Of a stretch of DNA of 64,000 bases, positions 28,554 to 38,525 are shown piece by piece. The stretch's first letter is position 1, and the number at the start of each line of letters is the position of its first letter. The stretch covers positions 3,700-67,699 of the forward strand of contig CAKZZO010000063.1 of NCBI GenBank assembly GCA_937885175.1, read 5' to 3'. The stretch comes from an uncultured Treponema sp. (GTDB lineage Bacteria; Spirochaetota; Spirochaetia; Treponematales; Treponemataceae). The position numbers were made by a program, and so were the translations under genes. The notes under the pieces are model-generated. The model was not told where the DNA came from, did not search any database, and saw only the letters and a program-made list of their open reading frames with translations.

Positions 28554-29786
28554 GTGGCAAAAATGGTAGAGACCAAGGCAGCGACAGAAATGTCGGAAAA
28601 GCTGAAGGCACTGGAAGCGGCACGCCTGCAAATTGAAAAGCAGTTTGGTGCTGGCTCATTGATGAAACTGGGAACCCAGGCAGACACTGCGTCGATTGAC
28701 GTTGTACCTTCCGGTTCCATTCTCTTGGACGAAGCATTAGGCGTAGGCGGCTATCCCCGTGGACGCATCATTGAAATGTACGGTCCTGAAAGTTCCGGCA
28801 AAACAACATTGGCCCTGCATGCCGTTGCTGAGGCACAGAAACTGGGGGGCATTGCAGCCTTTGTGGATGCAGAGCATGCCCTTGACCCTGTTTATGCAAA
28901 GAATCTGGGCGTAAACATTGATGAACTGTGGGTGAGCCAGCCAGACACGGGCGAGCAGGCTTTGGAAATTACCGAAAGTCTTGTGCGAAGCGGTGCAGTG
29001 GATATCATCGTTGTGGACTCGGTTGCGGCTCTTACTCCGCAAAAAGAAATTGAAGGCGACATGGGTGAGGCTCAGATGGGCTTGCAGGCGCGTCTTATGA
29101 GTCAGGCTTTGCGCAAACTTACGGCAATCGTTGGAAAGTCAAAGTGCATCATTGTCTTTATCAACCAGATTCGCATGAAAATCGGCGTTATGTTCGGAAA
29201 CCCGGAGACAACGACTGGCGGTAACGCATTGAAGTTCTATTCATCAGTGCGTCTTGAAATCCGCCGCATCGAGTCAATCGACGGCAAGGGGGATGAGGAT
29301 GCTGTGGGTAACCGTGTTCGCGTAAAGGTTGTTAAGAATAAGGTTGCGCCTCCTTTCCGCAAGGTGGAACTGGACATCTACTTTGGAAAAGGGGTGAGCG
29401 CAACGGCATCTCTGCTGGATTCTGCCGTAAAGCATGGCATTATCGACAAGCGCGGTGCATGGTATACCCGTGGCGAAGAAAAAATTGGACAGGGAAAAGA
29501 AAATGCACTGGCTTTCCTTGCCCAAAACCCCGATTACATGCATACGCTGGAAGTACAGTTGCGTAACGAACTCTTCCCCGGACAGGTTCTCAAAACCAAA
29601 GAGGGAGTGGCAGTCTATCCAGAGCAGGAAAAGGCCGCAAAGGCAGCCGCAAAAGCCGCAAAGGAGGGTAAGCCTGCCGCAGAAGCAGCCGTAACCGTAA
29701 CTCCTGCAGGAGCAAATGCGGTAAAATCGGAAGGAAAAGCGGTGCCTGAAAGTGCAAGCGTTTCTGCAAAGGACGCACTCTTCTAA
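28554..29786 (+). CDS. recA: Recombinase RecA with long Ala/Lys-rich C-terminal tail
   Basis: 410 aa from GTG 28554 (ATG 28563 is an alternative). Walker [13 protein letters not shown]; [10 protein letters not shown]; [28 protein letters not shown]. Confidence 0.93.
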   Translation: MAKMVETKAATEMSEKLKALEAARLQIEKQFGAGSLMKLGTQADTASIDVVPSGSILLDEALGVGGYPRGRIIEMYGPESSGKTTLALHAVAEAQKLGGIAAFVDAEHALDPVYAKNLGVNIDELWVSQPDTGEQALEITESLVRSGAVDIIVVDSVAALTPQKEIEGDMGEAQMGLQARLMSQALRKLTAIVGKSKCIIVFINQIRMKIGVMFGNPETTTGGNALKFYSSVRLEIRRIESIDGKGDEDAVGNRVRVKVVKNKVAPPFRKVELDIYFGKGVSATASLLDSAVKHGIIDKRGAWYTRGEEKIGQGKENALAFLAQNPDYMHTLEVQLRNELFPGQVLKTKEGVAVYPEQEKAAKAAAKAAKEGKPAAEAAVTVTPAGANAVKSEGKAVPESASVSAKDALF

Positions 29787-29787
29787 T

Positions 29788-30336
29788 ATGACTTGTGTCG
29801 TGCTGGGGCTGGGGTCAAACAAGTCTTGGCAGGGGCTTTCCAGTCTGGAAATACTTGCAAGTGCCGTCCGCGCCCTAAAGCCCCTGCTGCACGACATTAC
29901 ATGCTCATCGGTGTATGAGACTGCGCCCCTGTACGTGACAAATCAGCAGGCCTTCTGCAACATGGTTGTGGCGGGGTATGCCGATGATTCCCTCAGTCCC
30001 CATGATTTACTGGTGCAGGTTCACAGGATTGAAGCTTCCCTGGGGCGTGACCGTAGTAAGGAAATCAGAAACGGTCCCCGTTCCATTGATATTGATATTG
30101 AAATATTTGGAAGTGAAGCGATTCATTATTCCGATTCCAAAGATTCCATGAAAAACCTGGAGATTCCCCATCCCCGTCTTTCCGAGCGCGCTTTTGTTTT
30201 GATTCCTTTACTGGAGATTTTGGGAAAATCTGCCGATATTCTAGATAGCGCACCCTATGCTCAAATGCTCAGTGCGACAGGCAGCGACGGAGTTGTTAAA
30301 ATTCTGGACGCTGAGACATTCGTAAAATCGGTATGA
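29788..30336 (+). CDS. folK: 2-amino-4-hydroxy-6-hydroxymethyldihydropteridine diphosphokinase (HPPK)
   Basis: ATG 29788 lies 1 nt after the recA stop. VVLGLGSN..., YETAPLY, GPRSIDIDI and IPHPRLSERAFVLIPL are typical of FolK. Confidence 0.85.
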   Translation: MTCVVLGLGSNKSWQGLSSLEILASAVRALKPLLHDITCSSVYETAPLYVTNQQAFCNMVVAGYADDSLSPHDLLVQVHRIEASLGRDRSKEIRNGPRSIDIDIEIFGSEAIHYSDSKDSMKNLEIPHPRLSERAFVLIPLLEILGKSADILDSAPYAQMLSATGSDGVVKILDAETFVKSV

Positions 30337-30354
30337 AACCCAAGGGGAAGGTCT

Positions 30355-31140
30355 ATGGAAGAACAGGGCCAGACAATTCAGACGGAAGCAGAGACAGAAA
30401 ACGAAGCAGTGCAGCATGTAGGCCATCGTTACACGGCGGGAGAATTTGAGGGGCCGCTGGATTTACTGCTTACGCTTATCCGCGACAATAAAATCAACAT
30501 CTATGACATTCCTATTGCGGAAATCACCGAGCAGTTCCTGGAGTATCTGGATTATGCCGCAAGCATTGACTTGGGCGACCTGTCCGAGTTCTACAAAATG
30601 GCGGCCCAACTCCTGCGCATCAAGAGCAATATGATGCTTCCTGTTGAGGTTGCCGAAAATCTTGATTTTGACGATCCCCGAGAAGAACTGGTGGAAAAAC
30701 TGATTGAATACCAGAAATTCAAGAAACTTTCCGCACTCATGGAAGAAAAGGAAGACGAAAACGAATGGAGTTTTGAGCGCAAGAAAATTCAGCGTGTGCT
30801 TCCCTTTGAGGAAGAAGACTTATGGGAGCGCGTGGACACCTGGGATTTGCTTCAGCAGATGCAAAAAATCTTCAGGACGATGATTAGCACCTATTCCGAT
30901 GCAAAAATCCTCGATATGTATGAAGAGGTGAGCGTAAACGAAAAAATTACGCTGATGAACGAATATCTTGATACAAAAGGCGAGTGCATGTTTACCGACT
31001 TGATTGTGCGCAAGGGAAATGAACTTGACGTTATCTGTGCTTTCATGGCAATTCTGGAAGCGGTAAAATTCAAACTGGCTACCATCTTGCAAAACCGCAT
31101 GTTCGGTGATATAAAGATTTGTAAATATCAGGCGGCGTAG
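30355..31140 (+). CDS. scpA: Segregation and condensation protein A
   Basis: 261 aa. FEGPLDLLLTLIRDNKINIYDIPIAEITEQFLEYL is the ScpA N-terminal signature. Confidence 0.85.
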   Translation: MEEQGQTIQTEAETENEAVQHVGHRYTAGEFEGPLDLLLTLIRDNKINIYDIPIAEITEQFLEYLDYAASIDLGDLSEFYKMAAQLLRIKSNMMLPVEVAENLDFDDPREELVEKLIEYQKFKKLSALMEEKEDENEWSFERKKIQRVLPFEEEDLWERVDTWDLLQQMQKIFRTMISTYSDAKILDMYEEVSVNEKITLMNEYLDTKGECMFTDLIVRKGNELDVICAFMAILEAVKFKLATILQNRMFGDIKICKYQAA

Positions 31141-31149
31141 GGAAATACG

Positions 31150-31695
31150 ATGGATTTGAATCTGGAAAAGGAAACGGCACTGGTCGAAACGGTTTTGTTT
31201 TTGGAAAGTGAGCCGGTTACCCTTGAAAACATTGCGACAATCTCCCAACTGGCAAAAGATGTGGTGGAGAAATGTCTTGAGGCTCTTAAAGAAAAATATA
31301 CTGCAGAAAACTCTGGTCTGGAACTGGCCATGATTACCGGCGGCTGGACGCTTGTTCCCAAAAAAGAATTCTGGGAAGAACTCAAGGAACGCTACGGCAA
31401 CAAAAATGAAGGTCGGCTTTCCCGCTCTGCAATGGAAGTGCTCTCAATTATTGCCTACAAGCAGCCTATAACCCGTGCAGAAATTGAAGCCCTGCGTGGC
31501 GTTTCTCCAGATAACATGATTCGTCTTTTGATTGACCGTCAGCTGATAAAGGAAGTGGGCAAAAAAGATGCGCCTGGTCGTCCTACCTTGTTCGGCACCA
31601 CAAAAGAATTCCTCAAATTCTTCCGCCTGAACTCAATCTCCGAGTTGCCCCAGCTGGAAGATACCGAAAACGAGAGGTTTGAACTTGCCCGCTAA
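31150..31695 (+). CDS. scpB: Segregation and condensation protein B
   Basis: 181 aa. LSRSAMEVLSIIAYKQPITRAEIEALRGV...GRPTLFGTTKEFL is ScpB winged-helix sequence. Confidence 0.85.
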   Translation: MDLNLEKETALVETVLFLESEPVTLENIATISQLAKDVVEKCLEALKEKYTAENSGLELAMITGGWTLVPKKEFWEELKERYGNKNEGRLSRSAMEVLSIIAYKQPITRAEIEALRGVSPDNMIRLLIDRQLIKEVGKKDAPGRPTLFGTTKEFLKFFRLNSISELPQLEDTENERFELAR

Positions 31696-32449
31696 CGAAT
31701 CTTTCCCAAGTATCCGCCTGCAAGCCTATCTTGCTCATTGTGGCCTTGCCAGCCGACGTGCAAGCGAAAAAATTATCCTTGATGGGCGCGTTACGGTAAA
31801 CGGTCAGGTGGTGACTGCATTGGGGACGAAAGTTTCTGAAACAGACAGGGTGTGTGTGGACGGAAAGCCCCTTGCCCTTGAAGAAACAAAACGCTATGTG
31901 CTTTTGAATAAACCTGCCGGCTATGTGTGCAGCCAGTCCGATGAAAAGGGCAGGCAGGTTGCCGTAGACTTGCTTAAACCCACGTATGCGGAGCGGCTCT
32001 ACAATGTGGGGCGGCTTGATATGTTCAGTCGGGGGGCGATTATCTTTACCAACGACGGAGATTTTGCTGCCCGCCTCAGTCATCCCAGTGCAGAAATTGA
32101 GAAAGAATATATTGTAGAAACAAGTTATCCCTTGCCGGAAGGCCTTGCGGAACAATTTGTAAAGGGCGTTCGCGTGGAAGGCATTTTCTACAAGGCTTTC
32201 CGCGCCGAAAAGATGAACAGCCACCGCATGCGTGTCGTCCTCATTGAAGGCAAAAACCGTGAAATTCGCAAGGTGTTTGAAAATGCCGGTGCGTCAATCC
32301 GCAGTCTGGAACGTGTCCGTATCGGGAACGTCAATCTGGATGGCCTTCGCACGGGAGAATTCAGGGAACTGACTCAGGCAGATGTAAAGGGGCTTTTAGC
32401 CTTGTGCAAAAATAAAGAAAATGCAGATAAACAGGAGAACAAAATATGA
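31679..32449 (+). CDS. rluB: Pseudouridine synthase, RsuA/RluB family, with S4 domain
   Basis: 256 aa. S4 domain IRLQAYLAHCGLASRRASEKIILDGRVTVNG; catalytic block VGRLDMFSRG. The start is TTG (31679 or 31685) and is uncertain. Confidence 0.8.
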   Translation: MNLPANESFPSIRLQAYLAHCGLASRRASEKIILDGRVTVNGQVVTALGTKVSETDRVCVDGKPLALEETKRYVLLNKPAGYVCSQSDEKGRQVAVDLLKPTYAERLYNVGRLDMFSRGAIIFTNDGDFAARLSHPSAEIEKEYIVETSYPLPEGLAEQFVKGVRVEGIFYKAFRAEKMNSHRMRVVLIEGKNREIRKVFENAGASIRSLERVRIGNVNLDGLRTGEFRELTQADVKGLLALCKNKENADKQENKI

Positions 32450-34806
32450 TTATCGCCATTGATGGTCCTGCAGGAACGGGAAAATCTACAATCGCTTCAA
32501 TTATTGCAAAAAAACTGGGCATAACCTACTTGAACAGCGGCAGTTTTTACCGAGCCCTGACCCTTGCCCTGAACGGCACGGACATTCCGCTTACCGATGA
32601 AGAAAAGGTCATTGAATTCTGCAAGCAGCAGAAACTTGCATATGTGAACAGCCGTCTGCTTTTGAACGGCACGGATGTGGAAGACCGCCTGCATGAAGAT
32701 GAAGTGAGTAAGCGTGTTGCTCCTGTTTCGGCCATCGTGCCTGTCCGCCATCTGGTGAACGACCGTATGCGGGAAATCACCAAAAGCCTTTCAATCATTT
32801 GCGAGGGACGGGATATGACTACGGTGGTCTTTCCCCATGCCGAATACAAGTTCTACCTTGACGCTTCGATTGACGTGCAGGCACAGCGCAGGTTTGATCA
32901 GGGTGTTTCCAACATGACTTTGGAAGAAATCAAGGAAGCAATCAAAAAACGGGATGAAATTGACCGCAATAAAAAAGAAGGTGCTTTAAAACGTGCGCCT
33001 GACGCTACATATATTGATACTTCCACCTTGACGATTGAGCAAGTTTGTGAGATAATTATTAATAAAATTCACAATAAAGGGTCTACTATGGAACAGATGG
33101 AAGTGGAAAAGGATGAAACTCAGGACTCCAAGAGTGCAATCCAGACACAATTAGAAGAATCTCTCAAGGGTCTTAAGGAACTGGAAGACGGACAGCTCAT
33201 TGACAGTACCGTTATCGCAGTGACGGACGAACTTGTGTTTGTTGACATCGGATACAAGTCAGAGGGAAAGATTCCCGTTCAGGAGTTCGCAGGCAATCTG
33301 CCGAAAGTCGGTGATGTGGTCACAGTCGTTCTCGTAAAAAAGGACGGACGCAATGGTCCCGAGATTTCAAAATCCCGCGCTGATTCAAAACAGCTGTGGA
33401 AGGACTTGCGCAAGGCATTCGACGAAAAACAGGTCGTTGAAGGCGTAATCGAAAAAGAAGTGAAGGGTGGTTTTGATGTAAACCTCGGCGGAGACATACA
33501 TGCATTCCTGCCGATTAGCCAGTCAGACAGCCAGAAGGTAGATAATCCTTCAAAACTCCTTGGCATGAAGGCTCAGTTCTACATTGAACGCCTGTATTCA
33601 GATAATAAGGCAAATGTGGTTGTAAACCGCAGAAAGTATCTTGAAGAATCAATCAACGCAAACCGCGACAAATTCTTTGAGAATACACAGATTGGTGACA
33701 CCGTAAAAGGTACGGTCAAGAGTTTCACCAGTTTTGGTGCATTCATTGACTTGGGTGGCTTTGACGGTCTCTTGCATATCAATGATATGAGCTGGGGGCA
33801 CGTAACTCGTCCCAAGGACTTTGTTAAGAAAGGTCAGGAATACGAACTGAAAGTAATCCGCCTTGATCCCGCAGAAAAAAGAATCAATCTTTCGCTCAAG
33901 CACTTCTCAGAAGATCCCTGGGTACATTTTGAAGAAAAATACCACGTCGAGGACATTGTTGAAGGCAAGGTAACCAAGCTGACTGACTTTGGTGCATTCA
34001 TCGAACTGGAAGAAGGTATTGAAGGGCTGGCACACATCTCTGAGTTCAGCTGGACAAAGAAAATCAACAAGCCGGGCGACATGGTCAAAATCGGTGACAC
34101 CGTAAAGTGTATGATTTTGGGCTATGACATTCAGGCTGGTCGTGTTTCACTGGGATTGAAGCAGGTAACGGAAAATCCCTGGGATACAATTGCAGAAAAA
34201 TATCCTGTCGGTACCAAGGTAACTGGCAAGGTTGTAAAACTGACTGGAACCGGTGCATTCGTGCAGTTGGAAGAAGGCATTGACGGTTTCCTTCATGCAG
34301 AAGACATTTCATGGACAAAGAAGGTTAAGCATCCTGGCAGTGAACTTTCAGAAGGTCAGGAAGTTGAGGTTGTCGTTCTTGAAGTGGATGCAGAAAGCCG
34401 CAGAATCCGCGTCGGCATGAAGCAAGTGACTGACAATCCCTGGGAAAAGTTTGCCGCTGACTACAAGGTCGGTTCAACACTGGAAGGTGAAATTACTTCA
34501 ATCACTGAATTTGGTGTTTTTGTAAAGGCTCCCGATGGCATTGAAGGTCTGGTCAACAAGGCAAACCTGAGCGATGAAAAGGATGTTCCTTTTGAAGAGG
34601 CTGTCAAAAAATACAATGTTGGTGACAAAATCAACGTGTATGTTGTTGACGTGAACGTGGCAAAAGAAAAGGTTGCCTTCTCCGTAAAGGAATACAAGAA
34701 AGCACAGGCACGCAAAGAGATTTTCCAGTATATGTCATCTTCTGCAAATGATGATGACGGCGCTTATACTCTTGGTGACATGCTGAAGAGCCAGAAGAAT
34801 AACTAA
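32446..34806 (+). CDS. cmk-rpsA: Fusion protein: cytidylate kinase + ribosomal protein S1
   Basis: 786 aa. N-terminal IIAIDGPAGTGKSTIA...GRDMTTVVFP (Cmk, ~220 aa), followed by six S1 repeats (e.g. VKSFTSFGAFIDLGGFDGLLHINDMSW). Confidence 0.9.
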   Translation: MIIAIDGPAGTGKSTIASIIAKKLGITYLNSGSFYRALTLALNGTDIPLTDEEKVIEFCKQQKLAYVNSRLLLNGTDVEDRLHEDEVSKRVAPVSAIVPVRHLVNDRMREITKSLSIICEGRDMTTVVFPHAEYKFYLDASIDVQAQRRFDQGVSNMTLEEIKEAIKKRDEIDRNKKEGALKRAPDATYIDTSTLTIEQVCEIIINKIHNKGSTMEQMEVEKDETQDSKSAIQTQLEESLKGLKELEDGQLIDSTVIAVTDELVFVDIGYKSEGKIPVQEFAGNLPKVGDVVTVVLVKKDGRNGPEISKSRADSKQLWKDLRKAFDEKQVVEGVIEKEVKGGFDVNLGGDIHAFLPISQSDSQKVDNPSKLLGMKAQFYIERLYSDNKANVVVNRRKYLEESINANRDKFFENTQIGDTVKGTVKSFTSFGAFIDLGGFDGLLHINDMSWGHVTRPKDFVKKGQEYELKVIRLDPAEKRINLSLKHFSEDPWVHFEEKYHVEDIVEGKVTKLTDFGAFIELEEGIEGLAHISEFSWTKKINKPGDMVKIGDTVKCMILGYDIQAGRVSLGLKQVTENPWDTIAEKYPVGTKVTGKVVKLTGTGAFVQLEEGIDGFLHAEDISWTKKVKHPGSELSEGQEVEVVVLEVDAESRRIRVGMKQVTDNPWEKFAADYKVGSTLEGEITSITEFGVFVKAPDGIEGLVNKANLSDEKDVPFEEAVKKYNVGDKINVYVVDVNVAKEKVAFSVKEYKKAQARKEIFQYMSSSANDDDGAYTLGDMLKSQKNN

Positions 34807-34829
34807 AAACATTTTGATGAGTGTTGGCA

Positions 34830-35951
34830 ATGACTGGTGCAATAGATTTTGCTACATTACAGACGCTCATCGAAATGTATGCTCGGATTAATTCGAGTAA
34901 CTCTGATGAAGACGCATTGATGGCTCTTGTTTTGGAGTCGGCAATGCGTCTTATTCATTGTGAGTCATCCTCCCTGTTTTTGTTAAAAAGTCCTGTGATT
35001 GTGGATTTGCTTCACGTGCTTGAAGAAGTGGCAAAAACAAATTCATCTGTCCTCATCACGGGCGAAAGTGGAGTGGGCAAGGAACTCTTTGCAGAGCAAC
35101 TGCACCTCAAAAGTTCCCGCGCTAATAAGCCTTTTATTCGTGTGAACTGTGCCTCGCTTTCGGCTTCCCTTTTGGAGCGTGTACTTTTTGGACACGTTAC
35201 GGACGCCCCTTCCCAGGGGCTTGCTGAGCATGAAGGTTGCCTTGAGGCGGCAGACGGCGGTACCCTCTTTTTGGATGAGATTGGCGAGCTGCCTTTGAAT
35301 CTACAGGCAAAACTGCTCCGTGTGATGCAGGAGCACGCTTTTGAGCGGATTGCTTCCGGCAAAACGATAGCGGTGGACGTTCGTGTTCTTGCATCTACAA
35401 GCAGGGATTTGGAAAAGATGACCTCAGAGGGGACCTTTAGAAGTGACCTTTTCTACCGACTGAATGTGCTTCCCTTGCATGTACCGCCCCTTCGTGAACG
35501 AACAGATGATATTGAGCCTTTGGCATCATTCTTCCTGAAGAAATACAGCGTTGAGACAAAAAAGAATTTTACGGGTTTTTCCGCCCAGGCCATGCGTCGG
35601 CTTTACGATTATTACTGGCCGGGAAATATCCGCGAACTGAAAAATTCTGTGGAAAGGGCCTGCCTTTTGGGTAGACCGCCAGTCATTCAGGTGGAGGATT
35701 TGCATCTTGCGTCTACGCCTGCCAGCCTCGCATCTGCAAGAGACGATGATTCGTTTGATGTGCTGGCTGACGAGACCCTTGATTCTTCAAGCGGTGACCG
35801 CACGCTAAAGACCGCCCTCACAAAGTTTAAGACTGCCTATGTAAAACGGATCTTAAAGGAGACCTCCTGGAATCAGACAGAGGCAGGAAAAATATTGGGA
35901 ATCCAGCGTACCTATGTCTCCCGCTTGCTGAACGAGTTGCACATACGGTAA
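34830..35951 (+). CDS. NtrC-family AAA+ transcriptional regulator with degenerate GAFTGA loop and truncated sensor
   Basis: Walker A GESGVGKE, Walker B GTLFLDEIGEL, DVRVLASTSRDL, FRSDLFYRLNV, WPGNIRELKN, and a Fis-type HTH at the C-terminus. ATG 34830 (the track gives GTG 34821). Confidence 0.8.
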   Translation: MTGAIDFATLQTLIEMYARINSSNSDEDALMALVLESAMRLIHCESSSLFLLKSPVIVDLLHVLEEVAKTNSSVLITGESGVGKELFAEQLHLKSSRANKPFIRVNCASLSASLLERVLFGHVTDAPSQGLAEHEGCLEAADGGTLFLDEIGELPLNLQAKLLRVMQEHAFERIASGKTIAVDVRVLASTSRDLEKMTSEGTFRSDLFYRLNVLPLHVPPLRERTDDIEPLASFFLKKYSVETKKNFTGFSAQAMRRLYDYYWPGNIRELKNSVERACLLGRPPVIQVEDLHLASTPASLASARDDDSFDVLADETLDSSSGDRTLKTALTKFKTAYVKRILKETSWNQTEAGKILGIQRTYVSRLLNELHIR

Positions 35952-35956
35952 AAATT

Positions 35957-35965
35957 TGCTATAAT
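35957..35965 (+). promoter_or_regulatory. Extended -10 element TGCTATAAT
   Basis: Perfect TGnTATAAT ~40 nt upstream of ATG 36007. No clear -35 element. Confidence 0.35.
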
Positions 35966-36006
35966 ATGTGTCACGTTACTATTAAAAGTATAGGGGTTTA
36001 TAAAAA

Positions 36007-36687
36007 ATGGCAGAAAAATTCAATAAAGAAGAAACAACCGCAGAAAAACTTGACTCATTTTTGACAAGAAATCGTGCTCCGCTTTTAACCTGCGCACTGG
36101 TGGCTATTGTGTCTGTTGTCGTAGTGCTGGCAGTCGTTGTAATCGGCGGTAAGTCTACGGAAAAAGGCCTGACTCAGGTTGATTCCATTTATTACACGCT
36201 TACAAAAGACGGTGCTTCTCTGGAAGGAGATGCCCTTACCGCACGTCAGGACGCTGCGCTTGAACAGCTTGCAGGGCTGACTGGAAAGGGTGGCATTGTA
36301 GGAGTTCGCGCCAATATGTTGGTGGCAGACTTGTACTATCAGAAAAAGCAGTATGCAGAAGCAAAGGACGCCTATCTGAAGGCCGCTTCTGCCAAGAAGA
36401 ATGCTTATACCGCTCCGCTGGCATATTTTAATGCCGCCACTTGTTTTGAAAACCTGGGTGATTTGGACGGTGCTCTTGCAAATTACAAACTGGCTTCCGA
36501 GGCAAAAGGCTTTCTGCTTGTGGATCATGCACTCTTTAGCCTTGGCCGCCTGAATGAGGCAAAGCAGGATTTCAAGGCCGCTCAGGATGCCTATAGCAAG
36601 CTGACTGATACGCACCCCGACAGCGAATGGGCAGATTTGGCAAAGTCCCGCCTTATCGCTTTGAAGGCTGCAGGAAATATCGAGTAG
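36007..36687 (+). CDS. Membrane-anchored TPR protein (YfgM-like)
   Basis: 226 aa. One N-terminal TM helix (LLTCALVAIVSVVVVLAVVVIGG) followed by TPR-like repeats. Family assignment is tentative. Confidence 0.55.
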   Translation: MAEKFNKEETTAEKLDSFLTRNRAPLLTCALVAIVSVVVVLAVVVIGGKSTEKGLTQVDSIYYTLTKDGASLEGDALTARQDAALEQLAGLTGKGGIVGVRANMLVADLYYQKKQYAEAKDAYLKAASAKKNAYTAPLAYFNAATCFENLGDLDGALANYKLASEAKGFLLVDHALFSLGRLNEAKQDFKAAQDAYSKLTDTHPDSEWADLAKSRLIALKAAGNIE

Positions 36688-36726
36688 TCGGCGGTAACCT
36701 TACCGTAAAAAAGCGTTTTTATACAT

Positions 36727-37623
36727 ATGAAAGGCACCAAGAAACTGCAGAAACAAAATATACTGATTTTTTTCTTCTGTATGTTCGGGTGCTTTTTTTG
36801 TTGTGGCTGCGGTCTGGAAACCATCGTCATTGTGCAGCCGCCGATAACGAGTAATGGTTCTTCGCTCTATTCCACAACCGATCCTTTGAGCTGGTTTTGT
36901 GATTTTGTTACGGAAGAAGAAAAAAATGACAGTCTTCCGGGAGCAGACTTTATCGGTACCGAAGTCTACTATCGCATCTATAAAAACTATTCGACGCTTT
37001 CTTCTCACAAAAGTGGCATTTCACAAATAAATACAACGACAAATACAACTGCTGCGGCAACACGCCTTATTGAAACCTATAAGTATCAGCCGCTTGGTAT
37101 GTATCCAGAGCAGAGCCGTGCAGTCTTTGCTTACAATAGGGGGTCCAATACCCGAGTCTACTTCCGTCTCAAAACGGTCAAGGACAGTACGGGTATTGGC
37201 TATCGGGCTGCAATTTCTCGTCCCTATGGCGAAAAGACCGCGCGCTATTACGGATATGATGATATGAATGGGCTGATATTTTATGATTATGATAAAGCCG
37301 CTGACTCCTGGACTACTGGTGATGCCCCCCCAGTGCCTGTTGACTACAAGGATTTGCGGCTCGTAGTTCCTTATCGCACGATATCTGTCGGTGTCCGTTC
37401 CTTCGATTTCTTTGACGATAATGAGACGAAAAATACGATTAACGTGGAGCCTGTGGAGGGTGACATTGACTATGAATATTCCTCCACCTTTACAGCGGAT
37501 TATGATAATACCTATTTTGTACAGTTGTATGCGGTAGGTGTTGCTCTGGATACGAATACTTGTGCAAATACCTATAGCCTTGTGCTTGATTTAGGCACGA
37601 TTCCCATTCAAAAAGGTAAGTAA
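36727..37623 (+). CDS. Lipoprotein of unknown function
   Basis: 298 aa. Signal peptide ending in a Cys-rich lipobox (FFFCMFGCFFCCGCG). Confidence 0.6.
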   Translation: MKGTKKLQKQNILIFFFCMFGCFFCCGCGLETIVIVQPPITSNGSSLYSTTDPLSWFCDFVTEEEKNDSLPGADFIGTEVYYRIYKNYSTLSSHKSGISQINTTTNTTAAATRLIETYKYQPLGMYPEQSRAVFAYNRGSNTRVYFRLKTVKDSTGIGYRAAISRPYGEKTARYYGYDDMNGLIFYDYDKAADSWTTGDAPPVPVDYKDLRLVVPYRTISVGVRSFDFFDDNETKNTINVEPVEGDIDYEYSSTFTADYDNTYFVQLYAVGVALDTNTCANTYSLVLDLGTIPIQKGK

Positions 37624-37723
37624 CGCCAGGGGAGATGAAGCAGAAGGACGACGAAACTAAAGGCGGCAGCTCTCATTGCCGTCGAATTTAAAAAAAACGC
37701 TGTACGCGGTTTTTTTAAATTCA

Positions 37724-37740
37724 TGACCCATGGGCGAGTC
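37724..37740. repeat. Distal att-like copy of the tRNA-Arg 3' end
   Basis: Exact 17-nt match to 39611-39627; the flanking bases differ on both sides. Confidence 0.7.
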
Positions 37741-38471
37741 TGCCGCCGATTTCGCAGGGAGATACGCTGACCGTCACAAAGGCGGCAACGCTCCAGAAAG
37801 AAACCCAGCCAAAAAAGCACTTCACCAACGCAAGCGTCCTTTCGCTCATGGAAAACCCGAAAGGCGAAACTGAGCATACGGAGAAACTCGCAGGATTGGG
37901 AACGCCAGCCACCCGTGCGGAAATCATCGAATCACTCAAACGGCGAAACTATATCAAACAGGAAAAACAGAGCCTCGTCATCACCGAACTCGGTACGTTC
38001 CTCATCGAAACGATACTGGAAGTGCCCGAACTGAAAAAACTCATCGCAATCAGCACGACGACCGCATGGGAACAGCAACTGCAAGATTCCCCCGCATCGT
38101 TCCTGAGCGGCATAACATCATTCACGCGGGAGGAAGTGCCGAAAATGCGCGTCACCCGTGAATGGCAGCCGAAGGACTTGGGCGCATGCCCGCTCTGCAG
38201 CAAAGGGAAGGTCTTTGAAGGCAAAAAAGCCTATTTCTGCTCCGAGTACAAGAGCGGCTGCAAGTTTATCATCTGGAAGTCCATGAACGGTGCGAACATA
38301 ACGCCCGCCGACGCAACGCTGCTCGCAAGCGGCAAACAGACCAGACCGAAGAAGATGACGAGCAAGGCGGGCAAGGAATTCACCGCGCGCCTTTCCTACA
38401 GCACCGCCGAAAACAAAGTGACGTTCGCGTTCGATAAAGCGCAAAAACGTGCAACGTTGTACACTTTTTAG
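37741..38471 (+). pseudogene. topB: C-terminal fragment of a type IA DNA topoisomerase (TopB/topoisomerase III-like)
   Basis: The frame is open from 37719. Homology-like sequence begins at GDTLTVTKAATLQKETQPKKHFTNASVLSLMENPKGE..GLGTPATRAEIIE, followed by a Zn-finger CPLCSKGKV..YFCSEYKSGCKF and a C-terminal repeat. The ~400 N-terminal residues (Toprim and catalytic Tyr region) are absent. Confidence 0.75.
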
Positions 38472-38525
38472 CATCTGTAACTATTTTTAGTTGCAAATTA
38501 TTTATATTGGAGGTATACTCAAAGC

